Positions 8,280 to 19,595 of a stretch of 64,000 nt of DNA are shown one piece after another. Origin of the DNA: Nitrospirota bacterium (lineage in GTDB: Bacteria; Nitrospirota; UBA9217); contig CAVUCU010000001.1 of NCBI GenBank assembly GCA_963740085.1, positions 1-64,000 of the forward strand, in the 5' to 3' direction. The position numbers and the translations under genes are program-made. The first letter of the stretch is position 1; each line of letters opens with the position of its first letter. The notes under the pieces are model-generated. The model made no database searches, was not told where the DNA came from, and saw only the letters and a program-made list of their open reading frames with translations.

Positions 8280-9203
8280 TTACGTCACCACCGCCTTCTT
8301 CGCGATCCGCAGCACGACTGCCGCAATGCCCGCGAGCACCGGGAAGAAGAACAGAGAAACCGCCGCGCCCTGGGCCAGGTCGCCTCCCTGAATGCCCTTG
8401 AGGAACGCGAGGCTCGCCAGGACCTGGGTGTTGTTGTCCGGCGGGCCGCCCTTGGTAAGTACCCAGACCACCGTCATGTCGGTGAAGGTGAAGAGCGTGG
8501 AGAAAAGGACCGTGACGCTGATCACCGGCAGCAGGAGCGGCAGAACGATCTGGAAAAGCCTGCGGTAGTATCCCGCCCCGTCCATCTGGGCCGCTTCGAG
8601 GACCTCGCGCGGGAGGGAGTTCATTCCGGCGATGCGGATCATCGTGGCAAGGGGGAGGAGCCTCCAGACATGGACGAGGACGACCGACGCCATCGCCAGG
8701 CCGGGCCTTCCGAGCCAGTAGAGGTTGCTCATGGGGCCCAGCAGGTCACCGGGCTTTCCGAGCAGTCCCCAGGTGCGGAGCAGCCAGTCGATGGGGCTGA
8801 ACACCGAGTCCAGGAACCAGAGGTAGCCGATGGCGCCGAGGGCGATCGGAGCGGTCCAGGGAAGCATGATGAGGAAGCGGATGAGCCACTTGAAGCGGAA
8901 TTCACGCATCAGGAGCTCGGTCAGCATGTTCGAGAGCACGAGCACCAGGGCGATGGACGTGAAGGTGAAGATGCAGGTGTTCATCAGGGATGTCCGGAAC
9001 GCCGGGTCTTTGAGCACGGCCGTGAAGTTCCCGAAGCCGATCAGGTGATAATCGGGATTTCCCACGGTCACATTGCTGAAGCTGTACACAAAGGCCATGA
9101 CGAAGGGGAACCCCACCAGGAGGATCATGTACAATGCCACCGGGGCCAGCATCAGCGGGGCAAGGACCGACTCCCGCTCGAAAAGGCGCGGCCGGCGGCT
9201 CAT
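8280..9203 (-). CDS. Carbohydrate ABC transporter permease (MalF-like)
   Basis: LPREVLEAAQMDGAG; start MSRRPRLF overlaps the ATPase stop. Confidence 0.92.
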   Translation of the reverse strand: MSRRPRLFERESVLAPLMLAPVALYMILLVGFPFVMAFVYSFSNVTVGNPDYHLIGFGNFTAVLKDPAFRTSLMNTCIFTFTSIALVLVLSNMLTELLMREFRFKWLIRFLIMLPWTAPIALGAIGYLWFLDSVFSPIDWLLRTWGLLGKPGDLLGPMSNLYWLGRPGLAMASVVLVHVWRLLPLATMIRIAGMNSLPREVLEAAQMDGAGYYRRLFQIVLPLLLPVISVTVLFSTLFTFTDMTVVWVLTKGGPPDNNTQVLASLAFLKGIQGGDLAQGAAVSLFFFPVLAGIAAVVLRIAKKAVVT

Positions 9204-10201
9204 GGCTTCACCCGCTTGCCGGTCTTTGGATCGAAACGGCGAAGCTCCTGATCGCAGACCGCGAATACGTGCTCGTCCCCTTCCGCCAGCCGGATGCGGA
9301 TGGTCAGGCTGGCGATGATCCTGTCCTTGCCGATGGTCCCGTACACGAGCCGGTGCGAACCCAGGTCCTCCACCCGCTCGACCTTCAGCCGGAGCCGCAT
9401 GCACTCTTGCTCCGGCCCCACCTCCTCCGGCAGGAGCGCTTCAGGCCGGAACCCGACGATCACGCCGTCCTGTTCGATGAAGTTCATCGGCGGGATGCCG
9501 ACGAAGCCCGCGACGAACACGTTGGCGGGATCGTGGTAGATAGACTGGGGCGTGCCGATCTGGCGGATCGTGCCGTCGTGCATTACCGCGATCCGGTCCC
9601 CCAGGCCCATTGCCTCCGCCTGGTCATGGGTCACGTAGATCGTGGTCACGTGGATCTCGCGCTGAAAGAGCTTCAGCTCCTCCCGGGCCGTGTGGCGCAC
9701 CTTGGCGTCGAGGTTCGAGAGCGGCTCGTCCATGAGCAGCACCTTGGGCCTGCGGACCAGGGCGCGCGCGATCGCGACACGCTGGCGCTCGCCGCCCGAG
9801 CACTGGGACGGCATCCGGTCCAGGAGATGGCCTATGCCGAGGAGCCCCGAGGCCCATTCCACTTTCTTCCGGATGTCCTCCCGTGGCATGCCTTCCACGG
9901 CGAGGGGAAAGGAGATGTTCCCGAACACGGTCTTGTGCGGGTAGAGGGCATAGCTCTGGAAGACCATGGCGATGCCCCGCTCCCGCGGCGGGAGGTCGTT
10001 CACCGGCTGTCCGTCGATGATGATCTGTCCCCCGGTCGGCTTTTCAAGTCCCGCAACGAGGCGCATGAGCGTGGTCTTGCCGCTCCCGGAGGGTCCGAGC
10101 AGCACCAGGAATTCCCCGTCGCTGATCTCCAGGTCGATGCCGTCGACGGCCTTCACGCCTTCAAAGTGTTTCTTGATCCCGACCAGTCGTACGTTCGCCA
10201 T
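9200..10201 (-). CDS. ABC transporter ATP-binding protein (MalK/UgpC-like)
   Basis: Walker A GPSGSGKT, signature SGGERQR, MDEPLSNLDA. Confidence 0.95.
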   Translation of the reverse strand: MANVRLVGIKKHFEGVKAVDGIDLEISDGEFLVLLGPSGSGKTTLMRLVAGLEKPTGGQIIIDGQPVNDLPPRERGIAMVFQSYALYPHKTVFGNISFPLAVEGMPREDIRKKVEWASGLLGIGHLLDRMPSQCSGGERQRVAIARALVRRPKVLLMDEPLSNLDAKVRHTAREELKLFQREIHVTTIYVTHDQAEAMGLGDRIAVMHDGTIRQIGTPQSIYHDPANVFVAGFVGIPPMNFIEQDGVIVGFRPEALLPEEVGPEQECMRLRLKVERVEDLGSHRLVYGTIGKDRIIASLTIRIRLAEGDEHVFAVCDQELRRFDPKTGKRVKP

Positions 10202-10415
10202 GGGATGTACTCACCGCAGTCCGATCTACCGAAGAACCGCTGAGATTACAGAGAAAAGTCCTTAACACGGACACGGCGACTTGAATCGCCAAGACGCAGA
10301 TCAGACTGCTGCATTATAGGAAACTAAGCCTTGCTCAGTGCAAATAGTGTAAAAACAAGCCGGTCTTTCTCTTTCTCTGTCCTTCGCGACTTCGCGGTAA
10401 ATCGCTTCTCATTGT

Positions 10416-11831
10416 CTATTTCTTCCCGATCAGCCCCTGGGCCCGCCACTTGTCGAAGATGCTGTTGCATTGTCCCGCGGCCTGCTTCACCGACTCCTCG
10501 GCGGTCTGCTTGCCCTGGGCCACGCGGGCGAACATGCCCGGAAGTACATACGTGCCGAAGATCTCGCCTTCCGCCGGGTTCGACGTACCGGGGAAGCCCA
10601 CGTTGACGCTCCACTTTTCCGCGTCCTTGAGCGTGATCAGCTTGTCGGTCCGCTCGCCGGGAAGCGCAAAGGGGTCCTTGCCGAACCAGGCGTTGTGCAG
10701 GTCACGCAGATGCTTTGCCGCTGCAACAGCCGGGTATCCCCGGTTGCCTGCCGGCACCGGCGCGTTGAAGAAGGCCGGGGAATTGTACAGCTGGCTCTCC
10801 CACATGGCCTGGTCGTAGTTCGCGACCCGGTCGAGCAGGAACTGCTTGGACAGGTCGGCGTTCTTTGCGGCGAATTTCGGGATCACGGTCACGTAGATCA
10901 CGTGCTCGCATGCCCACCCCGTGCCGCGCGGACCCTTGAGCGCGGGGGTGAAGAACACGTCCTTCGCTACCTCGGGAACGTCTTTTTGCGCGGACCGGTA
11001 GGCCGAGATGGAGTTCAGGATGTACGATGCCTTCCCGGCCAGCAGAAGCTGATTGTTCGACGCTGCCGTCCAGCCGAACACCTCGGGCGTCATGGTCTTC
11101 TGGTACAGATCGATCATGAACTTGACGGCCTCAACGGTCTTCTTGTTGTCCAGGACGACGATCTCGTTCTCATTCTGGATGGAGGTGTCGAAGGACCACA
11201 GCAGCGTGCGTTCCGCCATGTTGGAATCGAGTTCCTGGGAGATGCCGATCCCCAGCTGGATACCCTGCTCCTTCTTGATCTTCGCGCCGTAGGTCAGCAG
11301 GTCCTCCCAGGTCGTGGGTCCGTCAGGCTTGCCGGCCTTCTCCCAGAGGGATTTGCGGTAGTCGCCCGGATCGATGGTCCAGCCGTGGCAGAACCCGTAA
11401 TGCTGCTTCGTATGGGGGTTGTAGGTGCTGCGCGTCGCCACGGGGAGCTGCTTCCCGAAGCGTTTCTCCGCCTCCTGGTTCAGATCGGCAAGGTTCATGA
11501 CGCTCGGCTCGAAGTCGGACGGCGGATCGATGAACTCCACGATGTCATGCCCCTTGCCGCCCGCCACCTCGGAGGCGAAGGTGCTCCGAAGATCGGCGAG
11601 CCCGATGTGGTCGACGATGACGTCCACATCGTGTTTTTCGCCCCATTCCCTCGCGTACTGGTCGTACCATTTGTCATGCGTTGGAACAAAATGGCTCCAC
11701 TGAAGAATCCTGAGGGTCCTGCGGCCGGGTTTCTGGGCAAACGCGTCAGTCAGCACCGCGGGTCCCAGGGCCAGGCTTGCGGCCCCTATCCCCGCTTTTT
11801 TGAGAAAATCACGTCTTGAGATCCTGTTCAT
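10416..11831 (-). CDS. Tat-exported extracellular solute-binding protein
   Basis: SRRDFLK twin-arginine signal; first gene of the ABC operon. Confidence 0.9.
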   Translation of the reverse strand: MNRISRRDFLKKAGIGAASLALGPAVLTDAFAQKPGRRTLRILQWSHFVPTHDKWYDQYAREWGEKHDVDVIVDHIGLADLRSTFASEVAGGKGHDIVEFIDPPSDFEPSVMNLADLNQEAEKRFGKQLPVATRSTYNPHTKQHYGFCHGWTIDPGDYRKSLWEKAGKPDGPTTWEDLLTYGAKIKKEQGIQLGIGISQELDSNMAERTLLWSFDTSIQNENEIVVLDNKKTVEAVKFMIDLYQKTMTPEVFGWTAASNNQLLLAGKASYILNSISAYRSAQKDVPEVAKDVFFTPALKGPRGTGWACEHVIYVTVIPKFAAKNADLSKQFLLDRVANYDQAMWESQLYNSPAFFNAPVPAGNRGYPAVAAAKHLRDLHNAWFGKDPFALPGERTDKLITLKDAEKWSVNVGFPGTSNPAEGEIFGTYVLPGMFARVAQGKQTAEESVKQAAGQCNSIFDKWRAQGLIGKK

Positions 11832-12194
11832 AGTCTCCTCCTTGTATGGCACGAATTGTCAAATTCTAACCACAGAGAGCACAGAGAACATCTTGAAAAA
11901 TAAATCCTTAGATGCCTTCTCCGGCCTCCCTCCCCCTTCTTCTCACTTCAAAGTCTTTTGCTCCATAGCCGCAAAAAGCACATAATTCACAAAGGGGATC
12001 GTCTTTTTGTCTCCTTTGTGCCTTATGTGGCCATAATCAGAGAACGGGCTTACGATCTGTGTTCTCTTCAGCTTCCGGTATTCATCCTCGTTCTGACCAC
12101 GGAGTTCACAGAATTTTAAAATAGGTCCCGACCTGTCTTTTCGATCGAAGTGAGAAATCCCGGTTTTCCAGTCAATTGAAAGATCCATCATCCT

Positions 12195-13199
12195 TTACCG
12201 GGAAATATGATCCGCAAGCTCGAGCAGGCGCCTCGTGTACCCGTATTCATTGTCGTACCAGGACAACACCTTGACGACCCTGTCCATGAGGACCTTGGTA
12301 GCGTTGGCGTCCACGATGCCCGAATGCTCGTCCCCCACGATATCTGCGGACACCAGTTCGTCCTCGGTGTAACCCAGGATGCCCCTCATGTCGCCCTCGG
12401 AGGCTGTTTTAAAAGCGTTGTTCACCATCTCCCGGGTAACGTCCATTTCCACGCGCGCCGTGATGTCCGTGAGCGAACCGTTGGCAACCGGCACGCGCAC
12501 GGCGATGGCCGACATTTTTCCCTTGAGTTCGGGGATCACCCGTTCCGTTGCCGTTGCGGCCCCCGTACTGGACGGGATCAGGGAAAGCGCGGCAGCGCGT
12601 CCCCTCCGCCGGTGCTTGGGGGAAGATCTGTCGATGAGCGCCTGACTGGACGTGTAGGCATGGACCGTGGTGGCCAGGAGGTATTCTATCCCGAAAGCGT
12701 CGTTCAGCACCTTGACCGCCGTTGCCAGGCAGTTCGTGGTACAGGAAGCATTCGAGATGATGTGATGTTTTTTGGGATCGTATAGTCTCTCGTTCACACC
12801 CAGCACGACGGTCAGATCTTCGTTCTTTGCTTCCGCGCTGATGATGACCTTCGATGCCCCGGCAGCCAGGTGTTTTTCCGCGTCTTCCCTTTTCCGGAAG
12901 AGGCCCGAGCACTCCAGGACGATGTCGACACCGTGCGCCTTCCATGGCAGGTTGTCAGGTTCTTCTTCATGAGAGATCGCTATTCGCCGGGACCCGATCT
13001 CGAGATGATCCGGCCCTGTCCTTATCTCGAAAGGGGCCCGTCCATGAACGGAATCGTACTTGATCAGGTAGGCGAGGTCTTCGACCGGGGCCGGACTGTT
13101 TGCGGCCACGAGGATGAAATTCTTCGGCGGGTTTGATATGCACAGGCGCAGGGCCAGGCGGCCGATGCGTCCGAGACCGTTGATGGCAATCCGTTTTAT
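12195..13199 (-). CDS. gap: Type I glyceraldehyde-3-phosphate dehydrogenase; start codon reads ATA
   Basis: KRIAINGLGRIGR from 13199, catalytic ASCTTNCL, SWYDNEYGY; RBS GGAGG 6 nt before the ATA. Confidence 0.9.
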   Translation of the reverse strand: MKRIAINGLGRIGRLALRLCISNPPKNFILVAANSPAPVEDLAYLIKYDSVHGRAPFEIRTGPDHLEIGSRRIAISHEEEPDNLPWKAHGVDIVLECSGLFRKREDAEKHLAAGASKVIISAEAKNEDLTVVLGVNERLYDPKKHHIISNASCTTNCLATAVKVLNDAFGIEYLLATTVHAYTSSQALIDRSSPKHRRRGRAAALSLIPSSTGAATATERVIPELKGKMSAIAVRVPVANGSLTDITARVEMDVTREMVNNAFKTASEGDMRGILGYTEDELVSADIVGDEHSGIVDANATKVLMDRVVKVLSWYDNEYGYTRRLLELADHISR

Positions 13200-13412
13200 G
13201 ACGCACCTCCTCTTTGCGGGGGAAGTTCATGCCGAACACGCATGCAGGTCGTGAGAGAAATGCATGACCTGTTTATTACAGTATAATACATCATTCTAAA
13301 CTTTGGCGGAGTAACAGAAAAAATTCAGCGATCCAAAAAGATATTATTAAAATACAACCATGGTATTACGGAGGACTGCCGCCACCTGCACCCTGTTCAT
13401 TCCAGCGCGCGC

Positions 13413-16400
13413 TCAGGGATCCTGCGCGGTCTTGAAGCACGTGCCGGAAAAAACGAGTCCGGTCGTGCCGTCGATGCTGATGGCTGTTCCTTCCAGTATC
13501 CGGCTCTTGCCGATCATTGCATAGGACCGTCCCTGTTCATCCTCCCCCATCTTGATATCAGCGCACGCGACCACTGCCGCGATCTTGAATTTCTGCGCGA
13601 GCACCGCTGCGTGCGACGTTACCCCGCCTGACGCCGTGATGATCCCCCCGATGACCGGCATGAGCGACACGTCATCGGTGTTCGCGGTCCTGCGGATAAG
13701 GATAACGGGCATGCCGGAACTCCTGCCCAACAGCTCCGCCTTGCGCGGTGAATCGGCAAACGACGCCACACCGCTTAATGCGCCGCCGCTGGCGCCGATG
13801 CCGCGTCCGATCACCCTGGACTCCATCCTGCAGATCTCTTCGAACGTATCAAGGAGCCTCTCGCTGTACTCCATTCGCCGCGTCTGGAGGACGTACAGCG
13901 TCGGCCGGCCCCGCGCGTCGCGGGTGTAGGTGGCCTCGACTTCCTGAGGAAGCCCGTCAAAGGCGTCCTCGACGGCCCTCGCGAGTCCCCGGTGCAGCCG
14001 GTAGAGTTCGGGGTCGCTCTCTTCGAGGCTCTGACGGCCTGCGGTATCCTGCGTCCGCGACAGCGGCCTGCCGGACCTTCTGCCGGACGCGAGGTCGCTT
14101 CCGCTGGCCTGCTCCCGCGTTTCGCCGAAAATGACCGGTTCAAGCGTAGAGGGGTTCCGCGTAAAGAACACTGATGCGCCTCCTCCCGCCTGATTGCCGG
14201 ACACCATCTCCATGAGCGTCACCGACGTGCCCCACGCTGCCGATGTTCCGGTTGCCGAGCGGAACTGCCGGGCGCGCTCGCTCTCCCACGAGGCATACAC
14301 GGCGCGGACGCACTGCCGCAGCTGTTCATTGACGTCCGCGGGAACCCGCAGATGGATGGCCTGAAGCCGCTCGGTATACAACCCGGCGATGGCCTTCAGA
14401 TGCATTGCATCCTGCGGTCCTTCCGGATCAAGGGAATGCATGAGCGCGTACTCGCGGACGATCTGTTCGAAGAACTCATTGTCCAGCCCGTATACCGCTG
14501 AACCATAATTCTCGATGAACCTCCGGTACGAATCCCACCCCAACGCCGGATCGCCGGTAACGGCTATGAACGCTTCGAGGGTCCGGGCGTTCATGCCGCA
14601 GTAGAGGATGGAGGACAGGATACCCGGCATGGACGGGTAGGAACCGCTTCGCACGGAAAGGAACAAGGGCCGGTCGACACCGCCAAAGGTCGTCCCGGTT
14701 CTCGCCTCGATCATCCGCACGGCCGCCCTGAGCACGGACGGGAAAGACCCCTGATCCGTATAGTGTTGATAATCCCGGGTGTGCCGCGCGGACAGAACCA
14801 CGCCGGCCGGAACGGGAAGGCCTTTGCGCTTGAGATGAACAAGATTTTTTGCCTTGTTGCCCAGTTCCGGGCCGCGCATTCCGGCTTCCTGCAAGGTCAG
14901 TTCATGGACATCGAAAAGATCCTGTTCCTGGATCGGCTCCGATGCCTCTTCTTCCCTGTCCGCGCCGCCCGCGGTGTTTGAACGAAGGATTTTCACGAGT
15001 GACTCCAGAAGCCGGTCGGACTCGACGAGTCCGGGAATGCTGCTCAGGATATCCCGCATGACGATGTCCGCCGCCTTTCCCGTAAAATCGGGTGACCCTG
15101 CGTCCAGGTTCACCAGATGCTCCGGAAGGTCGGCCCGCGGAACGTTCCTGATGATCCCCATGAGCGGTTCATGGAAGGTCCTGCCGAGCGTGGACACCAT
15201 CCAGGCGAGCTCCTTTTGCCACATCGCCAGCACGTCTATGATCTGCGACAAACGAAGCCGGTTATGTTTGAGCACGTCCGCGAACTCGTCGATCCGGACG
15301 TTCTGCATGCCGTAGAGATTGAGGACCTCCCAGGCTTCCCCGAGCGCAGTGAACCACATCCGATGATCGCGCTCCGTGGCCGCCGGTCCCCTCTGCTCGA
15401 TCTCGGTGATGACCGCCTCCAGCAGGACCGGGACGGTCTCGTGGATGCGCATCATGTCGGTCAGCGCGTCGAATTTCGGTTCGTGGTACGTTCCCAGCAC
15501 CGAAGGGATCCCGAATGCGATGTGCCGCTTGAAGTACAGGGATTCCTGCGGTTCCGTGCTTTCGGGGGAAAGCACGATGCGCCTGCGATCGCGAAGGACT
15601 TTGAGAAGATCGGCGAGCCGGGCATAACTGTCGCCGGCTCCGGCGTCCCGGCTGATCAGCGAATACTTCCTCACGATCTCCTTGTACAGCCTGCACAGCA
15701 GCCGTACTTTCTCTTGCGCCTCGGCATCGTCGTCCGGCGCGGTTTCCTTCAGGTGGTCGTCTATCGTTCCATCGGGGACCGCGAGCAGCCGGTCCAGGTG
15801 CAGGCCTTCCCCGTCCTGCACGCCGACCGAGGTGAAAAAACGGTTGATCACCGGCGCATACCGCTCCAGAAGTCCCGGCTCCACATGGGAGTAGATGTCC
15901 GGCGGCACGACCTCCTTCAGCAGCGACGGGTCGTTTCGGACCCAGGACCTCATGACGCGCTCGAGCAGCTGCACGTTATTGCTGCTCGCGTTCACGTGGA
16001 CCTGCTTCCGCAGGAAATAGATGACCGGGTCATTGCCCCAGGAATCGATCTCCGTCGAATAATCCCTGATCCTGCTCGTCGCGCCCACTTCGTTAAAGTA
16101 GACGGGAAGACGTTCGAGCAGCAGGTAATTGAGAAGGAAGCGTCCGCTGCTCATCGCGTTGGAATTCAGATAGGCCGTTATCCTGCGCTGGAACAGCCGG
16201 TCATCAGGTATCAGCACACCGCTGACCGACAGGTTCGCGATCACATGGACAAGAACGTCTTCCAGCCGTTCGTCTCCCGTCATGAGAATATCCATGAAGC
16301 CGGTCAGGCTTTCAAGGTGCAGCGGGTCCACGACCTCTGCCCAGGTATCCGGCGATATGCCCCGCACCCGCGCGGAGGGGATGATGATCTGCCGCAGATC

Positions 16401-17799
16401 CTCCTTGTACTGCGCGATCAGTTGGTTTTGGCCCGAGCCGAGAATGCTTTTCGCCATGCGGGGATCGAGGATGATCCGTTCTCTGAGCGGCGATACGCCG
16501 GACATGATGCTTTGCAGCAGGGCGCCGCAAACATCAGGACGGCCGAGCGCGATGATCCCCTGGAGGGTCCGCGGCACCTGCGTCCTGAGGGCTTCCCGCG
16601 TCCTGCTCGGAAAGGCGATCTGCCGTGGAGAACAGGGCCGAGATGATCTTTCCGAACGCGTCGACCGAGGACAGGGAGAGATCCGTCTCGAGGATATCGA
16701 ATAACGCTGAGACCGCTTTGCCCTCATCGAGAATATCCGGGTCAATGTCCGCGATCGCATCCAGTGCCGGACCGGATTCCCCCTGGTCCAGCCTTCGCCC
16801 GGCTTCAGCCAGCGTCTCCCGCATTCGGCGCTGTCCCGGCTCGCCGAACCGCGACAAAAGCTCCCTGTCCTGCACGGGGATAAGGGCGTTGAGCGGTTCC
16901 AGCATCCCGGCATCCAGGAACGGCCAGGAGGGGCTTCTTCCCTTGAGCGATTTGATGAGCAGCCGCAATACCCCCGCGAGTTCGATGTCGGGCAGTTTCT
17001 CCCCGATATTCCGGAACAACGCGACGGCGCGAGGTGTCAGCGGAGAAAGGTCGATCGAGGACTGCGACAGGGCCGACATCCAGCGCCCGGCGGGAGCTCG
17101 CAGGCGCGAAAGATCGGGCTCATTCGCCAGGGGCAGGTCCAGGAGATCGAAGAAGTTGTCAAGAGGCTTATTGGTCGCCCCTGCGTCCGGGCGTTCGGCG
17201 GCAAGGATCGAGAATCTGACCAGGATATCAAAAACATCGTAAAAAACGTCCCGCATGCCCCAAAAGACATCCAGGGAAAAGCTGCTCAGCTTTTCAGACA
17301 GGGAGGGCCAATCCTTTTTGGGAGAATAGAGCTGGGCGACGATCGCTTCGCCGCTCTGCAGCAGCCCGACCTTGTCCCGCAACGGGAGGGTCAGGCGCGT
17401 GAGGTCGATATCGGCGAGCTCGGCCGAGAGTTCGACGGCGGAAATATAGAGACCGCCGGCACTCTCCTTCCTTAACAGAAATGTTCCGACATGCCTGCCG
17501 GACTGAATGATGTCGATCTGAAGGTCCCGTGCGGCCGCAATGCTCTTTCTGCCGGCCGTGAGCTCGAAATATCCCTGCCTGAGCCCGGAGCGCGCCAGCT
17601 CGATGCCGCTCTGGTTGAGCGATGCCTCATACTCACCGGCGGGCATCAACAGGATCGTCCCCTTGAGCGTCGTCACATCGCCGCTGTCGCTCATGCAGAA
17701 ATCCTTTGCGACCAGTGACCTGATCACGCCTTTGTAGGCCGTGGCAAGCGTCCCGACGAGGTAGTCGAGACGGCAGATATCGGGATTCTTCGTCTCCAT
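13413..17799 (-). pseudogene. Large (~1460 aa) PPDK-like protein split by one frameshift near 16605: long N-terminal region, ATP-grasp, phospho-His domain
   Basis: LGNKAKNL, LSVRSGSYPSMPG, WDSYRRF, GVTSHAAV. ORFs 16534-17799 and 13413-16913 join at DRLS/RTREALR. May be an assembly error. Confidence 0.75.
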
Positions 17800-18173
17800 G
17801 CTTGTTCCCTCCCGGTGCGTCCGGAGAAAGGAATGCGTTTCAGCTCGCGCACCAGGCGTTCAGCGTTTCAAAAAAATGTTCATTTGGCAACTATTCAGGA
17901 TGATACCGGGGAATACATAGTAACCGCAAAGAACAGCAGGAACGCAGAGAGACTTCAATGTCAATAATTCAAGATTCAAGCTTTTTCTTGAGTTCCTTGC
18001 GTTCTTTCGCGGCCAACTGATTCGACCTGAGTAGATACTTAATTCGATTATAGCGCATTTCAACCGTGGCGCTTCCAAGCGCTTCGATAGACCGTGCAGA
18101 TCACTGATTGACAGGGAAATGAGGGTGGAATCTCTCAGGGCAGGTCTTTTATTCCGGCATCCGCTTTTTTCAG

Positions 18174-18347
18174 CTATCCGCCTGCCGCGCCTTGATCGGT
18201 CGCAACACGCGCGGCAAAGGCCTTCATGAACTTCGCCGAGAATTCGCGGGTCGGATCATTGGTGAGATCGCCTCCCTCGTCGAAGAGATTCTCGGCATTC
18301 CCGATATAAGCCTCGGGCTGCGGCATGGCGGGGACTTTGATGAACAC
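18174..18347 (-). pseudogene. 3' fragment of NADPH-dependent FMN reductase (ChrR/YieF-like)
   Basis: VFIKVPAMPQPEAYIGNAENLFDEGGDLTNDPTREF..KFMKAFA; N-terminal part absent. Confidence 0.75.
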
Positions 18348-18415
18348 TTCAGCAAAACACTCTCACGACAAAAACACGTCAATTCACCGGCCGACATTGT
18401 CAGCCCCGTCTGTTC

Positions 18416-18919
18416 CTAGGAGCGCTTGCCTGCCGGACGCCGGACTGCCTTCCCCGCTCGCCCCGCTCCTGATACGACTGCCTTCTTCGTCCCGATCTTT
18501 TTCTTAGCCTTCGCCTTCGGTGCACGCCAGTTTCGCGGGACGGGCTGCAGGATGCTTACGCGGTTGCCCTCAGGGTCAAAGAACGAGACATAGATTCCCA
18601 CGCCGGTTATCTCCATCGTCTCGCCGAGCACGGTACCTCCCGCCTTGACGACCTTCCCGACCGCTTTCTTGATATCGTCGACCGCGATGACAAGGGACGG
18701 ATATTGCGCGGGCCAACCAGGTTTTTTCGGGTAAAATCCGCCGTTGATCGCACCGCGCCTGGTGGGCCCCTTCTCGTTGGTTTCGACGGTCGTCGCAAGG
18801 ACATAGTTGCCCATCTCCCTGCCAAGCATCTGTGTCTGCCAGCCGAAAGCGGACTTATAGAACTTCGCCATGCGCGCACGGTCCTCATACGGCATCTCAA
18901 AGTGAACAACGGCATCCAT
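18416..18919 (-). CDS. VOC/glyoxalase family protein with basic C-terminal tail
   Basis: VVHFEMP, GAINGG, FFDPEGNRVSILQP. Confidence 0.9.
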   Translation of the reverse strand: MDAVVHFEMPYEDRARMAKFYKSAFGWQTQMLGREMGNYVLATTVETNEKGPTRRGAINGGFYPKKPGWPAQYPSLVIAVDDIKKAVGKVVKAGGTVLGETMEITGVGIYVSFFDPEGNRVSILQPVPRNWRAPKAKAKKKIGTKKAVVSGAGRAGKAVRRPAGKRS

Positions 18920-19061
18920 TGTGCGTCCTCCTTGTCATTTCAGTATGAGCCTCAAAGCCTCCCGGCGAACTTCTCAGGTTCAGGTCTTTGATCCGGGCGG
19001 CATTCTCGTCAGAGCTGCCAGGCGCAGGGGAAAGGCGGAAGGAGCAGATCGATAAAACGAA

Positions 19062-19445
19062 TTACTCCTCCTTCTTCTCCGCTTCTTTTAAGATCAGAAT
19101 AAGGGTGTCCGTCATCTTCGCGCCCGTTTGCGAATCCTTCCATGGATTCTGGACGACCACATCCACGTCAATATCCATCTTCTTGAACCGCGCACGCTCT
19201 TTCGACGGGCTGCCGACCTTCAGGAGCAGAAGCCCCTGCTTCCGGTAAAAGGCTATGACCTTCGCGATACCGTCGTTGGTCCGGTATGCCGCCCCCTGGA
19301 GCGACGGGTTCTGCGCGAGCAGCTTCGTCCTGATCTTATCGTATTTCGCTCCGGGGTACACAACGACCCCGAGCCGCTCTTCAGCGGAAGCGGACGAGAT
19401 GCACATCATCAATACAAACGCGGCAACACCGATCCTCGTTAACAT
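19062..19445 (-). CDS. Hypothetical exported protein
   Basis: Signal peptide ..SASA; LGVVVYPGA motif; RBS GGAG. Confidence 0.75.
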   Translation of the reverse strand: MLTRIGVAAFVLMMCISSASAEERLGVVVYPGAKYDKIRTKLLAQNPSLQGAAYRTNDGIAKVIAFYRKQGLLLLKVGSPSKERARFKKMDIDVDVVVQNPWKDSQTGAKMTDTLILILKEAEKKEE

Positions 19446-19595
19446 CTTTGCGTCTCCTTCCCGGGACCCCCTGGGGTCAGGTTTAGTCGTGGCAAAAAGC
19501 CAATCGAATTCGCTTCTTTATCTTTATCTTTTGGACGTCGCTGCACCCGCTGGGTTGCAAACAAGAACTTGAGTGACGTCGTTTCCAACTATGCC

